From the NCBI GenBank assembly GCA_963711565.1, contig CAVQEQ010000004.1, forward strand, positions 896,001-960,000: a stretch of DNA of 64,000 nt, given 5' to 3'. Under the pieces are notes generated by a model that saw nothing but the letters and a program-made list of their open reading frames with translations, made no database searches and was not told the origin of the DNA. The number at the start of each line of letters is the position of its first letter. The first letter of the stretch is position 1. Positions 29,699 through 39,365 of this stretch are shown one piece after another. The stretch is from an uncultured delta proteobacterium. GTDB taxonomy: Bacteria; Desulfobacterota; Binatia; Binatales; Binataceae. The position numbers were made by a program, and so were the translations under genes.

Positions 29699-32631
29699 GG
29701 TTCCTCCTTTGGATTGGCAACGTTCGTTCGGGCGTCATTTGATGGCGCCGCTTCGACCGCGTCGCGGATAGCGTCGAGCAGCGTCGATTTTTTGACCGGC
29801 TTGGTTACGTGCGCGTCGCATCCGGCCTCTTTCGAGCGATAGACGGCCTCTTCGAGCGCCGACGCCGTCAGCGCCACGATCGGAGTACGGTGGCGACCGT
29901 TCATCACTTCCCAGACCCGGATCGTGCTGGTCGCTTCGTAGCCGTCAACGATCGGCATCTGGATATCCATCAGCACCAGGTCGAAGTTGCCGGCGATGAA
30001 TTTGTCGATCGCCTGCTGGCCGTCTTCGGCCTCTTCGAGATGGTAGGGCGTTTTCTTCAGGTAGGCCCGGATCAACGCTCGGTTGTCGCGCGAATCGTCG
30101 GCCATGAGAATTCTGAGCGGCCGATTGAGTAGTGCGGACGGAGCCGACGGCGCGATTGGCGGCGGCTCGAAGTTGTCGCCGTGCGCGTCGATTCGCACTC
30201 CGGCGGATGCTCGCGCGACCGCCGCGAACAGTTCAGCGCGGCGCACCGGCTTGACAATGTAGTTGTCGATGCTGAGCGCACGCAGGCGCGCGACCTCGCA
30301 GGTCAGGTCGTTGGTGGCGAGCATCATCACGACCCGCGGCGGACGCTGCCCACCACTCACCAGGTATTCGGCGACCTCGAATCCTACCTGCAGCGGCATC
30401 GTGCCGTCTATCAGCACGACCCGGAAGCGTGACTGATGCGCGCCGTCAGCGCGAAGTTCCGCGAGCGCCCCGGCCGCCGACGACGCCTGGATCACCTGCG
30501 CGCCTCGCGCGGTCAGCAATTCGCAGACAATCGCGCGACTGTCGGTGTTGTCATCAACCAGGAGTATTCGCACGCCCACCAAAGAGAGGTCCCGCGCTGG
30601 TGACGGCAGAGGGTTTGCGATCCCGAATTGCGCCGTGAATGAGAACGCGCTGCCCGCGCCCGGTTCGCTGACGACTTCGACCTTGCCGTGCATCAGCGCG
30701 ACCAGCCGCGACACGATCGCCAGGCCGAGCCCGCTGCCGCCGTATTTGCGCGAGGTCGAAGAGTCGGCCTGGCTGAACGGGTGGAACAACAGATGGCGTT
30801 GGCCGGCCGCAATGCCAATTCCGGTGTCGGTCACGGTGAACTTGAACATGGCCGCGGTGGCCGCGGCCGCCTCGACCGACACCAGCACCTGTCCAGTCCG
30901 CGTGAATTTGATCGCGTTGCCGACCAGGTTGATTATGATCTGGCCGAGTCTCAACGGATCGCCGAGCACGAGGTCGGGGAGGCCGGGCGCAAACCGCACC
31001 ATCAGCTCGAGGCCTTTTTCATGCGCGCGAAGCGCCAGCGTCTCGAGCGCCTTCTCGACGGCGTCTTTGAGATCGAATTCGACCGCCTCGAGGCTTATCC
31101 GCCCGCTCTCAACCTTGGCGAGGTCGAGGATGCCGTTGATCAATGCGAGCAGCGCGTGGCCGTTGCTGATGACGGTGCTCAAGTATCTTCGCTGCTCGTC
31201 GTCGAGCGCGGTCTCCATCAGCTGATCGGCCATCCCGAGAATCGAATTCATCGGCGTGCGAATCTCGTGCGACATGCTCGACAGGAACTCCGACTTGGCC
31301 CGCGACGCCGCCAGCGCCGCCTCGCGCGCGGCGACCAGTTCGCGCCGGGTCAGCTTGAGGTCCGATATTCCGCGCGAAATGGTCAGGCAGCAGAGTTGTC
31401 CGTGCAGCTCGAGGTTCAGCGCCGAAAGGAGCACCGGCTGCTCGGTGCCGTCCTTCATGCGGAACGCCACTTCGAGGTTGCGGACCTCGTTGGTCCCGAA
31501 GAGTTGATCGCTGAACGCGATCATTTCGTCGGCATGAATCCACATGTTGAGCTCGCTGAAATGATGGCCGACGGCCTCTTCGCGCGAAAACCCGGTCGTC
31601 CTGACGAACTCCCGGTTGACGTCGATGTAAATTCCATCGACTCCGTTCAGCGTCATGCTGTCCAGATTCACGTCGAACAGTCTGCGGAAGGTCTCTTCGC
31701 TGGCGCGCAGCCTGGTCTCGACGCGTTTGATCTCCGTGATGTCCCGCGTCATCGAGATCACGCACCGCTCGCCGTTGACTTCGACCACGGAAGCCGAGAT
31801 GAGATACATCTCGGGCGTCCCGTCCTTGCGGCGCTGCTGGATTTCCATGTTCTTGACGCGGCCGGTTCGTTGAATGGTGTCGATGAACAGTTCCATTTCC
31901 CGCGCGCTCGGCCACATCTGCAGACCAATCACGCTGGCGCCGAGGACGTCGGCGCGGGTGTAGCCCGCGACCAGGTAGTCGTCGTTGACCGCGATGAAAC
32001 GTCCGTCGCTAAGGCGGTTGACTGCGATATTGTCGGGTGAGGCCTCGAAGATCGTGCGCAGCATCGACTCGCTGGCTCGCAGCCGGAGGTGATCGCGCTC
32101 GCGCTCCGCCTGCCAGCGCGCGTTCCACGGCAGCAGGGTCCCGGCGCCGAAGAAAAACAACACGAGCGACGCCACCAGCATGTAGCTGTCGCCGTTGATC
32201 ACCGCGATAGACGCCGTGCACGCCAGTATCGACGAAAAGAGGATCAGCGTGATTGCCCGCCAGTTCCGCATCGCGCGCGGCGACAGCGTCGCGGCGAGCG
32301 CAGCCAGGCCAAACGACATGCTCGCGATGTGCAGCGGCAGCGTGATCGAAAACGTCGGCGGATACTCCGCGCGATCGAGCATCGTGTATCCAATTTGAAA
32401 AAAGATTATCGCCAATGAGCACGCGCGCAGTATCGGCGAAACCAATTCCGGACTGCCGTCGGCGCCCGTCGCGAGCGTCACCGTTTGGCCGGGACTATTC
32501 GCCGGTCCGACTGCGACAGCGTCGGTTATCGGATCGCAGGGAGGGCGGGCGGCCGGCGCAGCCGTGCCGTTGTGTGAGCGCCGCGGGCCAAGTCCCAGGC
32601 CCTCGGCGGGCGGATCGATCTGAGGGTCCAC
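29683..32631 (-). CDS. Membrane hybrid sensor histidine kinase (TM-PAS-PAS-HisKA-HATPase-REC-REC)
   Basis: KSEFLSSMSHEIRTPMN, NLVGNAIKFT, DTGIG, GGSGLGL; two receiver domains (LLVDD; MADD...MDIQMP). Confidence 0.93.
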   Translation of the reverse strand: MDPQIDPPAEGLGLGPRRSHNGTAAPAARPPCDPITDAVAVGPANSPGQTVTLATGADGSPELVSPILRACSLAIIFFQIGYTMLDRAEYPPTFSITLPLHIASMSFGLAALAATLSPRAMRNWRAITLILFSSILACTASIAVINGDSYMLVASLVLFFFGAGTLLPWNARWQAERERDHLRLRASESMLRTIFEASPDNIAVNRLSDGRFIAVNDDYLVAGYTRADVLGASVIGLQMWPSAREMELFIDTIQRTGRVKNMEIQQRRKDGTPEMYLISASVVEVNGERCVISMTRDITEIKRVETRLRASEETFRRLFDVNLDSMTLNGVDGIYIDVNREFVRTTGFSREEAVGHHFSELNMWIHADEMIAFSDQLFGTNEVRNLEVAFRMKDGTEQPVLLSALNLELHGQLCCLTISRGISDLKLTRRELVAAREAALAASRAKSEFLSSMSHEIRTPMNSILGMADQLMETALDDEQRRYLSTVISNGHALLALINGILDLAKVESGRISLEAVEFDLKDAVEKALETLALRAHEKGLELMVRFAPGLPDLVLGDPLRLGQIIINLVGNAIKFTRTGQVLVSVEAAAATAAMFKFTVTDTGIGIAAGQRHLLFHPFSQADSSTSRKYGGSGLGLAIVSRLVALMHGKVEVVSEPGAGSAFSFTAQFGIANPLPSPARDLSLVGVRILLVDDNTDSRAIVCELLTARGAQVIQASSAAGALAELRADGAHQSRFRVVLIDGTMPLQVGFEVAEYLVSGGQRPPRVVMMLATNDLTCEVARLRALSIDNYIVKPVRRAELFAAVARASAGVRIDAHGDNFEPPPIAPSAPSALLNRPLRILMADDSRDNRALIRAYLKKTPYHLEEAEDGQQAIDKFIAGNFDLVLMDIQMPIVDGYEATSTIRVWEVMNGRHRTPIVALTASALEEAVYRSKEAGCDAHVTKPVKKSTLLDAIRDAVEAAPSNDARTNVANPKEEPCRTG

Positions 32632-32643
32632 ACATCAACAGCA

Positions 32644-32659
32644 AGCAAGTCCAATGCCC
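32644..32659 (-). promoter_or_regulatory. Possible sigma-54 -24/-12 promoter for the hybrid kinase
   Basis: Minus strand reads GGGCAT-TGGAC-TTGCT (GG-N10-GC), just upstream of the GTG at 32631. Confidence 0.35.
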
Positions 32660-32786
32660 TGATGAGGCATGGCAACGACCTGCTATTGCCGTCCGACGTT
32701 GGCTTCTGTCGTCGAATTTCTGCGATGTCGCAGAGGGTGTCCCAGAATGCTTTGGCAGCGAGCGCGACACGGGAACCGAACGCGCG

Positions 32787-33944
32787 TCAGCCGCTCAGCG
32801 CTATCTCGAAATCCTCGATCAGGTCGTCGCTCGATTCGAGGCCTACCGACAGCCGGATCAGGCCGTCGGCGATTCCTGCCCGCGCACGCTCGGCGGCCGA
32901 CATTCCAGAGTGCGAAGTCGTCGAGGGCCGCGTGATCAACGTCTCGACGCCGCCGAGACTCGGCGCGCTGATCGGTATCGTCACGCGATCCATGAAGCAG
33001 CCAGCCGCGTCGAGGCCGCCGTCAAGCTCGAAGCTCAGCACGCCGCCGAAGCCGTCGAACAGTTCGCACGCGCGCAGGTGATTCGGATGGCTCTCGAGGC
33101 CGGGATAGTTCACCCGCGCAACCGCGCGATGCTGCTCGAGCCATCGCGCAATCTTCAGCGCGCTCTCGTTCTGATGGCGCACGCGCACCGCCAGCGTTTT
33201 CATCCCGCGATGCAGCAGGAAGCATGCATGAGGATCGAGACTGCCGCCAAGATGGTTCTGCGTGTGCTTGATGCTCTCCACCAGGTCCGCGCGTCCGATC
33301 ACTGCGCCGGCGACGATATCGGTGTGGCCGTTGAGATACTTGGTCCCGCTATGCAGCGACAGGTCGAAGCCGATTTCGGCGGGGCGAAAATTAATCGGGC
33401 TCGCGAAGGTGTTGTCGATGATCGAGACCAGCGCGGTCTCCGCCGCGAAATCCACCGCAGCCTGCAAGTCGCTCACCTGCAGCAGCGGATTCGACATCGC
33501 CTCGAAGTATATGGCCTTGGTGTTCGGGCGAAGCGCCTCGCGCCAGGTGGCAGGCTCGTCGCCGTCAACGAAATCGACCGACAGCCCGTAGCGCGGGAAC
33601 TCCTCGACGAAGAGATCGTGCGTGCCGCCGTAAACGCAGTCCTGCGCGAGCAGGTGCCCGCCGCCGGCGAGGACAGTCAGGAGAGTCGCCGATATCGCCG
33701 CCATCCCGCTCGTCGCGACCAGCGCCGCTTCCGCGTTTTCGAGCGCGGCGAGCTTGGCGTGCAGCACCGCGTGATTGGGAGTGTTGTTGAGCCGGATGTA
33801 GCGCAGGTCGTGATAGCTGGTTTGCCCCGCGTACTCGTAGGTCGAGGATTGAAAGATAGGCATCGTCACCGCGCCGCCGATCAACGGCTCCGGCTCGCCG
33901 GCATGAATCAGCTTGGTGTCGAGTCCTTTGATAAGTCGCGCCAT
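32787..33944 (-). CDS. Trans-sulfuration PLP enzyme (cystathionine gamma-lyase/synthase or methionine gamma-lyase family)
   Basis: PIFQSSTY, YIRLNNTP, SGMAAI, IDNTFASP, HSGTKYLNGH (PLP Lys), SLGGVE, IRLSVGLE. Confidence 0.93.
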   Translation of the reverse strand: MARLIKGLDTKLIHAGEPEPLIGGAVTMPIFQSSTYEYAGQTSYHDLRYIRLNNTPNHAVLHAKLAALENAEAALVATSGMAAISATLLTVLAGGGHLLAQDCVYGGTHDLFVEEFPRYGLSVDFVDGDEPATWREALRPNTKAIYFEAMSNPLLQVSDLQAAVDFAAETALVSIIDNTFASPINFRPAEIGFDLSLHSGTKYLNGHTDIVAGAVIGRADLVESIKHTQNHLGGSLDPHACFLLHRGMKTLAVRVRHQNESALKIARWLEQHRAVARVNYPGLESHPNHLRACELFDGFGGVLSFELDGGLDAAGCFMDRVTIPISAPSLGGVETLITRPSTTSHSGMSAAERARAGIADGLIRLSVGLESSDDLIEDFEIALSG

Positions 33945-33960
33945 TGGTTCCGCTCTCCGC

Positions 33961-34004
33961 TGCCACGACATTTATCACCCGGCGCGTCAGGGAAAATAGG
34001 TGTC
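33961..34004. repeat. 44-bp direct repeat, left copy (partner 34600-34643)
   Basis: TGCCACGACATTTATCAcccGGCGCgTCAGGGAAAATAGGTGTC; 41/44 identical to the partner by manual alignment. Confidence 0.9.
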
Positions 34005-34011
34005 TCTTCCA

Positions 34012-34035
34012 GTGGGGCGGGCCGCCGTGCCCGCC
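34012..34035. repeat. GTRG-type REP-like palindrome
   Basis: GTGG + GGCGGGC-CGCCGT-GCCCGCC. Confidence 0.5.
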
Positions 34036-34067
34036 GCCGACCGGCTCGAACTTCTTCCCCGGGCAGC

Positions 34068-34568
34068 TCAGCGTCGCCGGGTTGAGGGTTCTGTTTTATG
34101 CAAATAGGTCGTGAACCCATCGGCTGGAGGCGCGATCGAGTTTTGCATCATGATCAAGCTGATTTGTCCCCGATGGTATTCGCCGTGAACTGTCACGTGC
34201 ATCAGCATTTCTTCGCGTGACATGCGGCCCGGCAGGCCATCGGTAAAGGCAAAGTCGATACGCTCGGCCAACTGTGTTTCATCAAGACCTGAAACATAGT
34301 TGAGATACCACTGATCGCTGGTTTTGATCGCCGCGGACAGTTCTTCCAGCGATGGCGCCTGGCCTGGGTTGGGCGTCGTGTATCCGTGCTCGGCTCGCCG
34401 CAAGTTCGCAGCGAAGATGCGGTCGACAGCATAAGTGTGGTTGAGGACTCTGACGGCGATCTCCTTTGCAGGAGAGGCATTGTCAAATTGTCGCATTGCC
34501 GCAAGAATCTCGACGTTGGCCTTTGCCTTGTAGTTGAATACCCGTTCAAGCGTGCTGACTTGATCCAT
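34068..34568 (-). CDS. DinB family protein
   Basis: FNYKAKAN, LNHTYAVD, MLMHVTVHGEYHRGQI His triad; GGGAG RBS; visibly more AT-rich than neighbours. Confidence 0.9.
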   Translation of the reverse strand: MDQVSTLERVFNYKAKANVEILAAMRQFDNASPAKEIAVRVLNHTYAVDRIFAANLRRAEHGYTTPNPGQAPSLEELSAAIKTSDQWYLNYVSGLDETQLAERIDFAFTDGLPGRMSREEMLMHVTVHGEYHRGQISLIMMQNSIAPPADGFTTYLHKTEPSTRRR

Positions 34569-34599
34569 GTTCTTTCTCCCAATCCAGGTAATCACGCCA

Positions 34600-34643
34600 T
34601 GCCACGACATTTATCATTCGGCGCATCAGGGAAAATAGGTGTC
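34600..34643. repeat. 44-bp direct repeat, right copy (includes DTYFP-stop of the upstream gene)
   Basis: TGCCACGACATTTATCAttcGGCGCaTCAGGGAAAATAGGTGTC. Confidence 0.9.
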
Positions 34644-36170
34644 GGCGGGCTTGCCATCGACGCCGGCGACGTTGCCCACGACGGGTCCTTCGCCGGGGGT
34701 CGCTACGCGGCCGAAGAGCGCTGCGGTTTGATCGCTATATAGTAGATGCCAGCGCGGGTCGTTCCTGACGAGGTCGGCTCCCTTGGTCTGTACGCCCATC
34801 AGCACGTAGTCGTGCGGATACGCGTCGAGCAGGGCCGCGGAGCCTTCCATCCCATAGAAGAATCTCGCGTAGTCGCCTTCCTGCTTGTCGGAATAAACCA
34901 GCTCGCCGCGCGGGTCGATATAAACCTTGAACGCGTCGCCCATGTGCCACAGCACCCACGAGCCCCATTCAAACTGCGGCAGGATGTTGCCGTGGAGGTG
35001 ATGTTCCTGCATGAAGGCGAGCGCGCCCGTCGGCATCGGCTTCCAGGTCTTGAGGCGATTCGAGAAGGTTCCACCGACGAGCGCGAGCGCAATCGCGCAA
35101 AACGCCATCAGCGCCGCCGGCGGTTCGCGGTCATCGGGCTGCGCGCCAGTCTTGAGCTCGGCGCCGCGCTCCAATGCCAGACTCGCGTGGCGCGCCAGCG
35201 GAATCGCGACTGCGATCACCCCGACGGCTACGTTGCGCGCGGCATAGAAGGCGGCGCCGATAAAGACTATCGCGACCGCGACCAGGGCCGCGTCGCCGAG
35301 CTCGGGAGCTATCGCAACCGCCGCGACGAATCCGGCAAACATCAGCATCGGCGCGACGTACTGCAGCAACTCATTCGGGGAGGTCCGCCAATTCGACAGC
35401 ATCATCGTCAACAGCGGCACCCAATCGGCGATTACTTGTCGAATCAGCGGGTCGCCGACCGAATGCGCGACTCCAGTCCACAAGCCGACGCCGAACGGAT
35501 TGATAAGCGTGGCCGCCGCGCATCCAAGCGTGATCAATGCGAGCCGCCACGCCGCCGCGATGCGGCCGGCGTCGCCTAACCACCCCTGGACGAACATGAC
35601 CGCGGCCGCGATTCCGATTGCGCCGAGTCCGACGATGTAGCCGCCGTGAAAGTTGGCCCACAACGCGAACATCGGGATCAGCGGCCACAGGATCGCGCGC
35701 CCGCGGTAAGCCTCGATCGCGAGCGCCATCATCACGACGCTCATCATCATGAAGGTGAAGAGCTGCGGTCGAAATTGCATCTGGGTCGAGATCGCGACGG
35801 CGCTGAGAATCAGCGTGATCCTTTGCACTCGGGCCGCGGCGCCGGTGGCGGAAATACCGATCGCCAGCGCGATTATCAGGATGCTCGAGCAGATCAGCTT
35901 CAGGAGCTTGAGGCCGAACACGCCGAGATGCGCATAGCAGAAGGCCAGCGCCACCTGCGACAGCCATTCGTGATTGTGCCACGGCATATTGGCCGCGGCG
36001 TAGGAGTAGGTGTCGAAGCGCGGAATATGGCCGGTGCGCAGAGTCGTCTGGCCGGTCAGCATGTGTATCCACAGATCCGGCTCGGCGAAGTTGTCAGCCG
36101 TCGCGAGCGCGATTGAAAGGATCACCGTCCATCGCGACGCGGAAAGCAACGAGTAGCGCTGATTCTTCAA
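34626..36170 (-). CDS. Polytopic membrane protein, probable GT-C fold glycosyltransferase
   Basis: PDLWIH..GQ, DTYSY..WHNHEWLSQV, RPQLFT, LWANFHGG, INPFG, YIDPRGEL; many TM segments; TTG start. Confidence 0.7.
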   Translation of the reverse strand: MKNQRYSLLSASRWTVILSIALATADNFAEPDLWIHMLTGQTTLRTGHIPRFDTYSYAAANMPWHNHEWLSQVALAFCYAHLGVFGLKLLKLICSSILIIALAIGISATGAAARVQRITLILSAVAISTQMQFRPQLFTFMMMSVVMMALAIEAYRGRAILWPLIPMFALWANFHGGYIVGLGAIGIAAAVMFVQGWLGDAGRIAAAWRLALITLGCAAATLINPFGVGLWTGVAHSVGDPLIRQVIADWVPLLTMMLSNWRTSPNELLQYVAPMLMFAGFVAAVAIAPELGDAALVAVAIVFIGAAFYAARNVAVGVIAVAIPLARHASLALERGAELKTGAQPDDREPPAALMAFCAIALALVGGTFSNRLKTWKPMPTGALAFMQEHHLHGNILPQFEWGSWVLWHMGDAFKVYIDPRGELVYSDKQEGDYARFFYGMEGSAALLDAYPHDYVLMGVQTKGADLVRNDPRWHLLYSDQTAALFGRVATPGEGPVVGNVAGVDGKPADTYFP

Positions 36171-36216
36171 CGACGTGCGAGTGAATCACCGTCGGCGCGC
36201 GTCCGCAATAGCTCAT

Positions 36217-36278
36217 GCTTTCGCCGACTCCATCGCGCCGGTAATCTAGTCGCGTGAAATCTCTGGTAATCTGCGGCG
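36217..36278. repeat. 62-bp direct repeat, left copy (partner 40503-40564)
   Basis: GCTTTCGCcGACTCcATCGCGCCGGTAATCTAGTCGCGTGAAAtCTCTgGTAATCtGCGGCG; 57/62 identical by manual alignment. Confidence 0.9.
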
Positions 36279-37543
36279 ACTCGGGTGCTGCGTCGAGTCC
36301 GGGCGTCGCTGGAGCGAACGGCTCCCCCTCTCCGAGCCGGGCGCGGGCTTTCGTCGATGCGTTCAGAGAGGCACCCTGGATCACCGCCGATCGCGTCCGC
36401 GGCTACTCGAGGCTCATGTGCGTGTGCTACCTCGCACTGTTTGTCGCCTGGCTGGTGCTCAGACCGGGCGGAGTCATGGCGACGTTGCAGCCGGTCGGTG
36501 GCGACTTTCCGCCGTTCTGGACGGCTTCCTCCCTGGCGCTCCAGGGGCATCCCGCGGCAGTTTACGACCACCGTAAGCTGGACGCCGCCGAAAAGGAGGT
36601 GCTGCGCGACAAAGATCCGGGCTACCAGCCTTTCGTGTACCCGCCCATGTTCCTCGTAATAGTGCTCCCGCTAGCACTGCTTCCGTACAACGGCGCACTG
36701 ACCGCCTGGACACTGGTCGGACTGACGGTCTATCTGACCGTGATGTGGAAGATCGCGCCTCGGCGTGACGCGCTATGGCTGGCGCTCGCGTTTCCCGGCG
36801 CCCTGGTCACGATTCTCGACGGACAGAACGGCCTGGTAACGGTGGCGCTGTTCGGCGGCGGATTGCTGCTGCTCGAACGGCGCCCTTGGGTCGCAGGCGC
36901 GCTATTCGGACTCCTCTGCTACAAGCCGCAGTTCGGAATTCTATTGCCACTAGCTTTTGTAGCAGCGCGGCAGTGGCGAGCTGCTATCGGCGCGGCGCTG
37001 GTGGTCGCCGCGTTCGCCGGGCTCTCGGCGACGCTATTCGGAGTGGAAACCTGGCGGGCATTTCTGGACGGCATCCCGTTGGCGACTCGGAGCATGCTGG
37101 TGCAGGGCGACGTTGGCTTCGGCAAGATTCAAAGCATCTTCGGCGCGGCGAGACTGTGGGGCGCATCCGTCGCTGTGTCTTACGCGATGCAAACCGTGGT
37201 CAGCGTACTCGCTACGGGCGCGGTGCTGTGGGTATGGCTCAAACCCTGTGGGTATCCTGTCAAAGCCGCGGCGTTGGCCACCGGGACCCTGTTGGTCACG
37301 CCGTACCTGCTCGACTACGACCTGGTGTTGCTGGCACTGCCGATCGCGTGGCTGTCGTGGGACGCCGTGCACTCAACATTCCTGCCCTGGGAAAAATCGC
37401 TCCTGTTTTTCGTATGGCTATTTCCACTGTTCGCGCGAGTGCTGAGCTTGCTCGCGCATCTGCCTTTGACGCCATTGGTTCTCGCGATGTTGTTGCTTGC
37501 CATTGTCCGGCGCGGTGTGGCGGCGAAAGCAATGTGCACCTAG
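36254..37543 (+). CDS. Glycosyltransferase family 87 (DUF2029) membrane protein
   Basis: GGDFPPFW, FVYPP, DGQNG, YKPQFG, TPYLLDYDL. Confidence 0.85.
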   Translation: MKSLVICGDSGAASSPGVAGANGSPSPSRARAFVDAFREAPWITADRVRGYSRLMCVCYLALFVAWLVLRPGGVMATLQPVGGDFPPFWTASSLALQGHPAAVYDHRKLDAAEKEVLRDKDPGYQPFVYPPMFLVIVLPLALLPYNGALTAWTLVGLTVYLTVMWKIAPRRDALWLALAFPGALVTILDGQNGLVTVALFGGGLLLLERRPWVAGALFGLLCYKPQFGILLPLAFVAARQWRAAIGAALVVAAFAGLSATLFGVETWRAFLDGIPLATRSMLVQGDVGFGKIQSIFGAARLWGASVAVSYAMQTVVSVLATGAVLWVWLKPCGYPVKAAALATGTLLVTPYLLDYDLVLLALPIAWLSWDAVHSTFLPWEKSLLFFVWLFPLFARVLSLLAHLPLTPLVLAMLLLAIVRRGVAAKAMCT

Positions 37544-37610
37544 CAATTCAGAGCTTTCGTGATACAGAACTGTTGGATTGGGTGGCGAAAACTGAAATCA
37601 CCCCGATCTC

Positions 37611-38351
37611 TCAAGATCGTCTTCGTGCGACCAGCAACAGTGAGACTCCGAACGGCACGGAGATATGGCCGCCGAGCGCGTATCGCTCGCTCGAGAACAC
37701 GGTTCGCAGGAGCGAGTTGACAACACCGGAATGGTTCCGGAGGTCGTGTTCGTGCTGCGGACTTGATTTGCGCAGGCGGCCTAGCAGGCGCGCCGCCGCG
37801 ATCGGCGGGAACAGCAGGAAGTTGTAGTAGCTGAGATAATCCACGTCGAATCCGGCGCGCTCGAAAAGCGTGCGGAGCTCGCCTGCCACGTAGCGTCGTT
37901 GATGGTGATGGGTGGCGTCATGCGCGCTCCATAAGAAGGGGAAGGCCGGGACGGTTGCCAGCAGCCAGCCGCCCGGCTTGAGCCGCTGGCGAAGCACGGT
38001 CAGCGTTTCCGCGTCGCGATCAAGATGCTCCAAAACGTCGGTCATCACCACCAGCTCGAAGCTGACATTCTCAAACGGTACTTGCTCTGGCAGTTGGCCC
38101 TGCCGCACTATCGCAGTTTTTCTGGCGCTGGAAAATTTGCATGCCTCGAGGTCGGAGTCCATCGCGTAGACCTCGCCGAAGCGGCCCAACATGGCAAAGT
38201 TGCCGCCGGTGCCGCAGCCCGGCTCCAGAATTCTGGCGCCTGGGGACAAGCCCAGGCGCGAGATCACGCTCGCAACAATCGCCCGGCGGGAACAGAACCA
38301 CCAGTGACTGTCTTCGATTTGCGCCATCAGCGGATAGAGCTCGGAATCCAC
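37611..38351 (-). CDS. Class I SAM-dependent methyltransferase
   Basis: EDSHWWF, LEPGCGTG, DVLEH, LKPGG, VPAFPFLWSAHD, PFGVSL. Confidence 0.9.
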   Translation of the reverse strand: MDSELYPLMAQIEDSHWWFCSRRAIVASVISRLGLSPGARILEPGCGTGGNFAMLGRFGEVYAMDSDLEACKFSSARKTAIVRQGQLPEQVPFENVSFELVVMTDVLEHLDRDAETLTVLRQRLKPGGWLLATVPAFPFLWSAHDATHHHQRRYVAGELRTLFERAGFDVDYLSYYNFLLFPPIAAARLLGRLRKSSPQHEHDLRNHSGVVNSLLRTVFSSERYALGGHISVPFGVSLLLVARRRS

Positions 38352-38354
38352 GCG

Positions 38355-39365
38355 TCAGGGGCGATCTTCGTACTGCTCGAAGCCGTGCGCCTCGCGCAAG
38401 AGATAGAGCGGACGATGTTTGACCTCGGTATAGACCCGGCCCAGGTATTCCCCAATAACACCCAGAGTGATGAGCTCAATACCGGCCAGAAACAACACGA
38501 CTACCATCAATGAGGTGTAGCCGGGAACGTTGATTCCGCGCGCGAGCTTGAACACTGCGAGAAAAAGCGCATACGCAAAGGCGAGGATCGAGATGACGAC
38601 TCCGACGTAGCTCCAGATCTTTAGCGGCAACGAACTGAACGAAGTGATTCCGTCGAGCGCAAAATTCCACAGCCGCCAGTACGTCCACGCGCTACCCCCG
38701 GCATTGCGTCGCTCGCGTTCAAAGCTCAGCTCCGTCTGCTTGAAGCCGACCCATGCGAACAGCCCCTTCATGAACCGCGAACGTTCGGGGAGCCGTAGCA
38801 GAGCGTCGACCACTCGTCGGTCGAGCAGACGGAAATCTCCTGCGTTGGGCGGAATCGGAACCTCGGAGACAGCGTCGAACAGACGGTAAAACATGCCGGC
38901 GGTCAGCCGCTTCGCGAGTCCGTCACCAGGGCGCATATGTCGCGTCGCATACACCACGTCGTAGCCAAGACGCCATTGCGCGACCATCTCCTCGATGAGC
39001 TCGGGGGGATCCTGCAGGTCACAGTCGATGGGGATGACCGCCGCGCCGCAGCTATGTTCGATGCCGGCGCTGAGCGCCACCTCTTTGCCGAAATTGCGTG
39101 AGAAGCTCAAGATTTTGAGCTTGGGATCTTGAGCCCGCCGCTCAATTAGGCGGGCCAGGGTTTCATCCGTGCTCCCATCGTCAATGCACACGATTTCGTA
39201 ACTGATCGCCAGACGTTCGAGCACCGCGAGCAGCCGCCGGAAGAACTCATCGAGGTTTGCAGCCTCGTTATAGATCGGAATCACGATTGAGAGTTTGACC
39301 CGCGATTCTCCAAACTGATCCGCGGCTGTGGGTCTCCCGCTCGCAGAATCCTGATCGGTATTCAC
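38355..39365 (-). CDS. GT2 polyprenol-phosphate glycosyltransferase (GtrB/YkoT-like)
   Basis: IPIYNE, DDGSTD, SRNFGKE, DCDLQDPP, GDFRLLD, RFMKGLFAWVG, two C-terminal TMs; GTG start overlaps the PAP2 stop (alternative 39377). Confidence 0.92.
   Translation of the reverse strand: MNTDQDSASGRPTAADQFGESRVKLSIVIPIYNEAANLDEFFRRLLAVLERLAISYEIVCIDDGSTDETLARLIERRAQDPKLKILSFSRNFGKEVALSAGIEHSCGAAVIPIDCDLQDPPELIEEMVAQWRLGYDVVYATRHMRPGDGLAKRLTAGMFYRLFDAVSEVPIPPNAGDFRLLDRRVVDALLRLPERSRFMKGLFAWVGFKQTELSFERERRNAGGSAWTYWRLWNFALDGITSFSSLPLKIWSYVGVVISILAFAYALFLAVFKLARGINVPGYTSLMVVVLFLAGIELITLGVIGEYLGRVYTEVKHRPLYLLREAHGFEQYEDRP

Noticed and set aside
32415-34085. 556-aa plus-strand ORF
   Set aside because: Antisense to the trans-sulfuration gene and the kinase start; no motifs.
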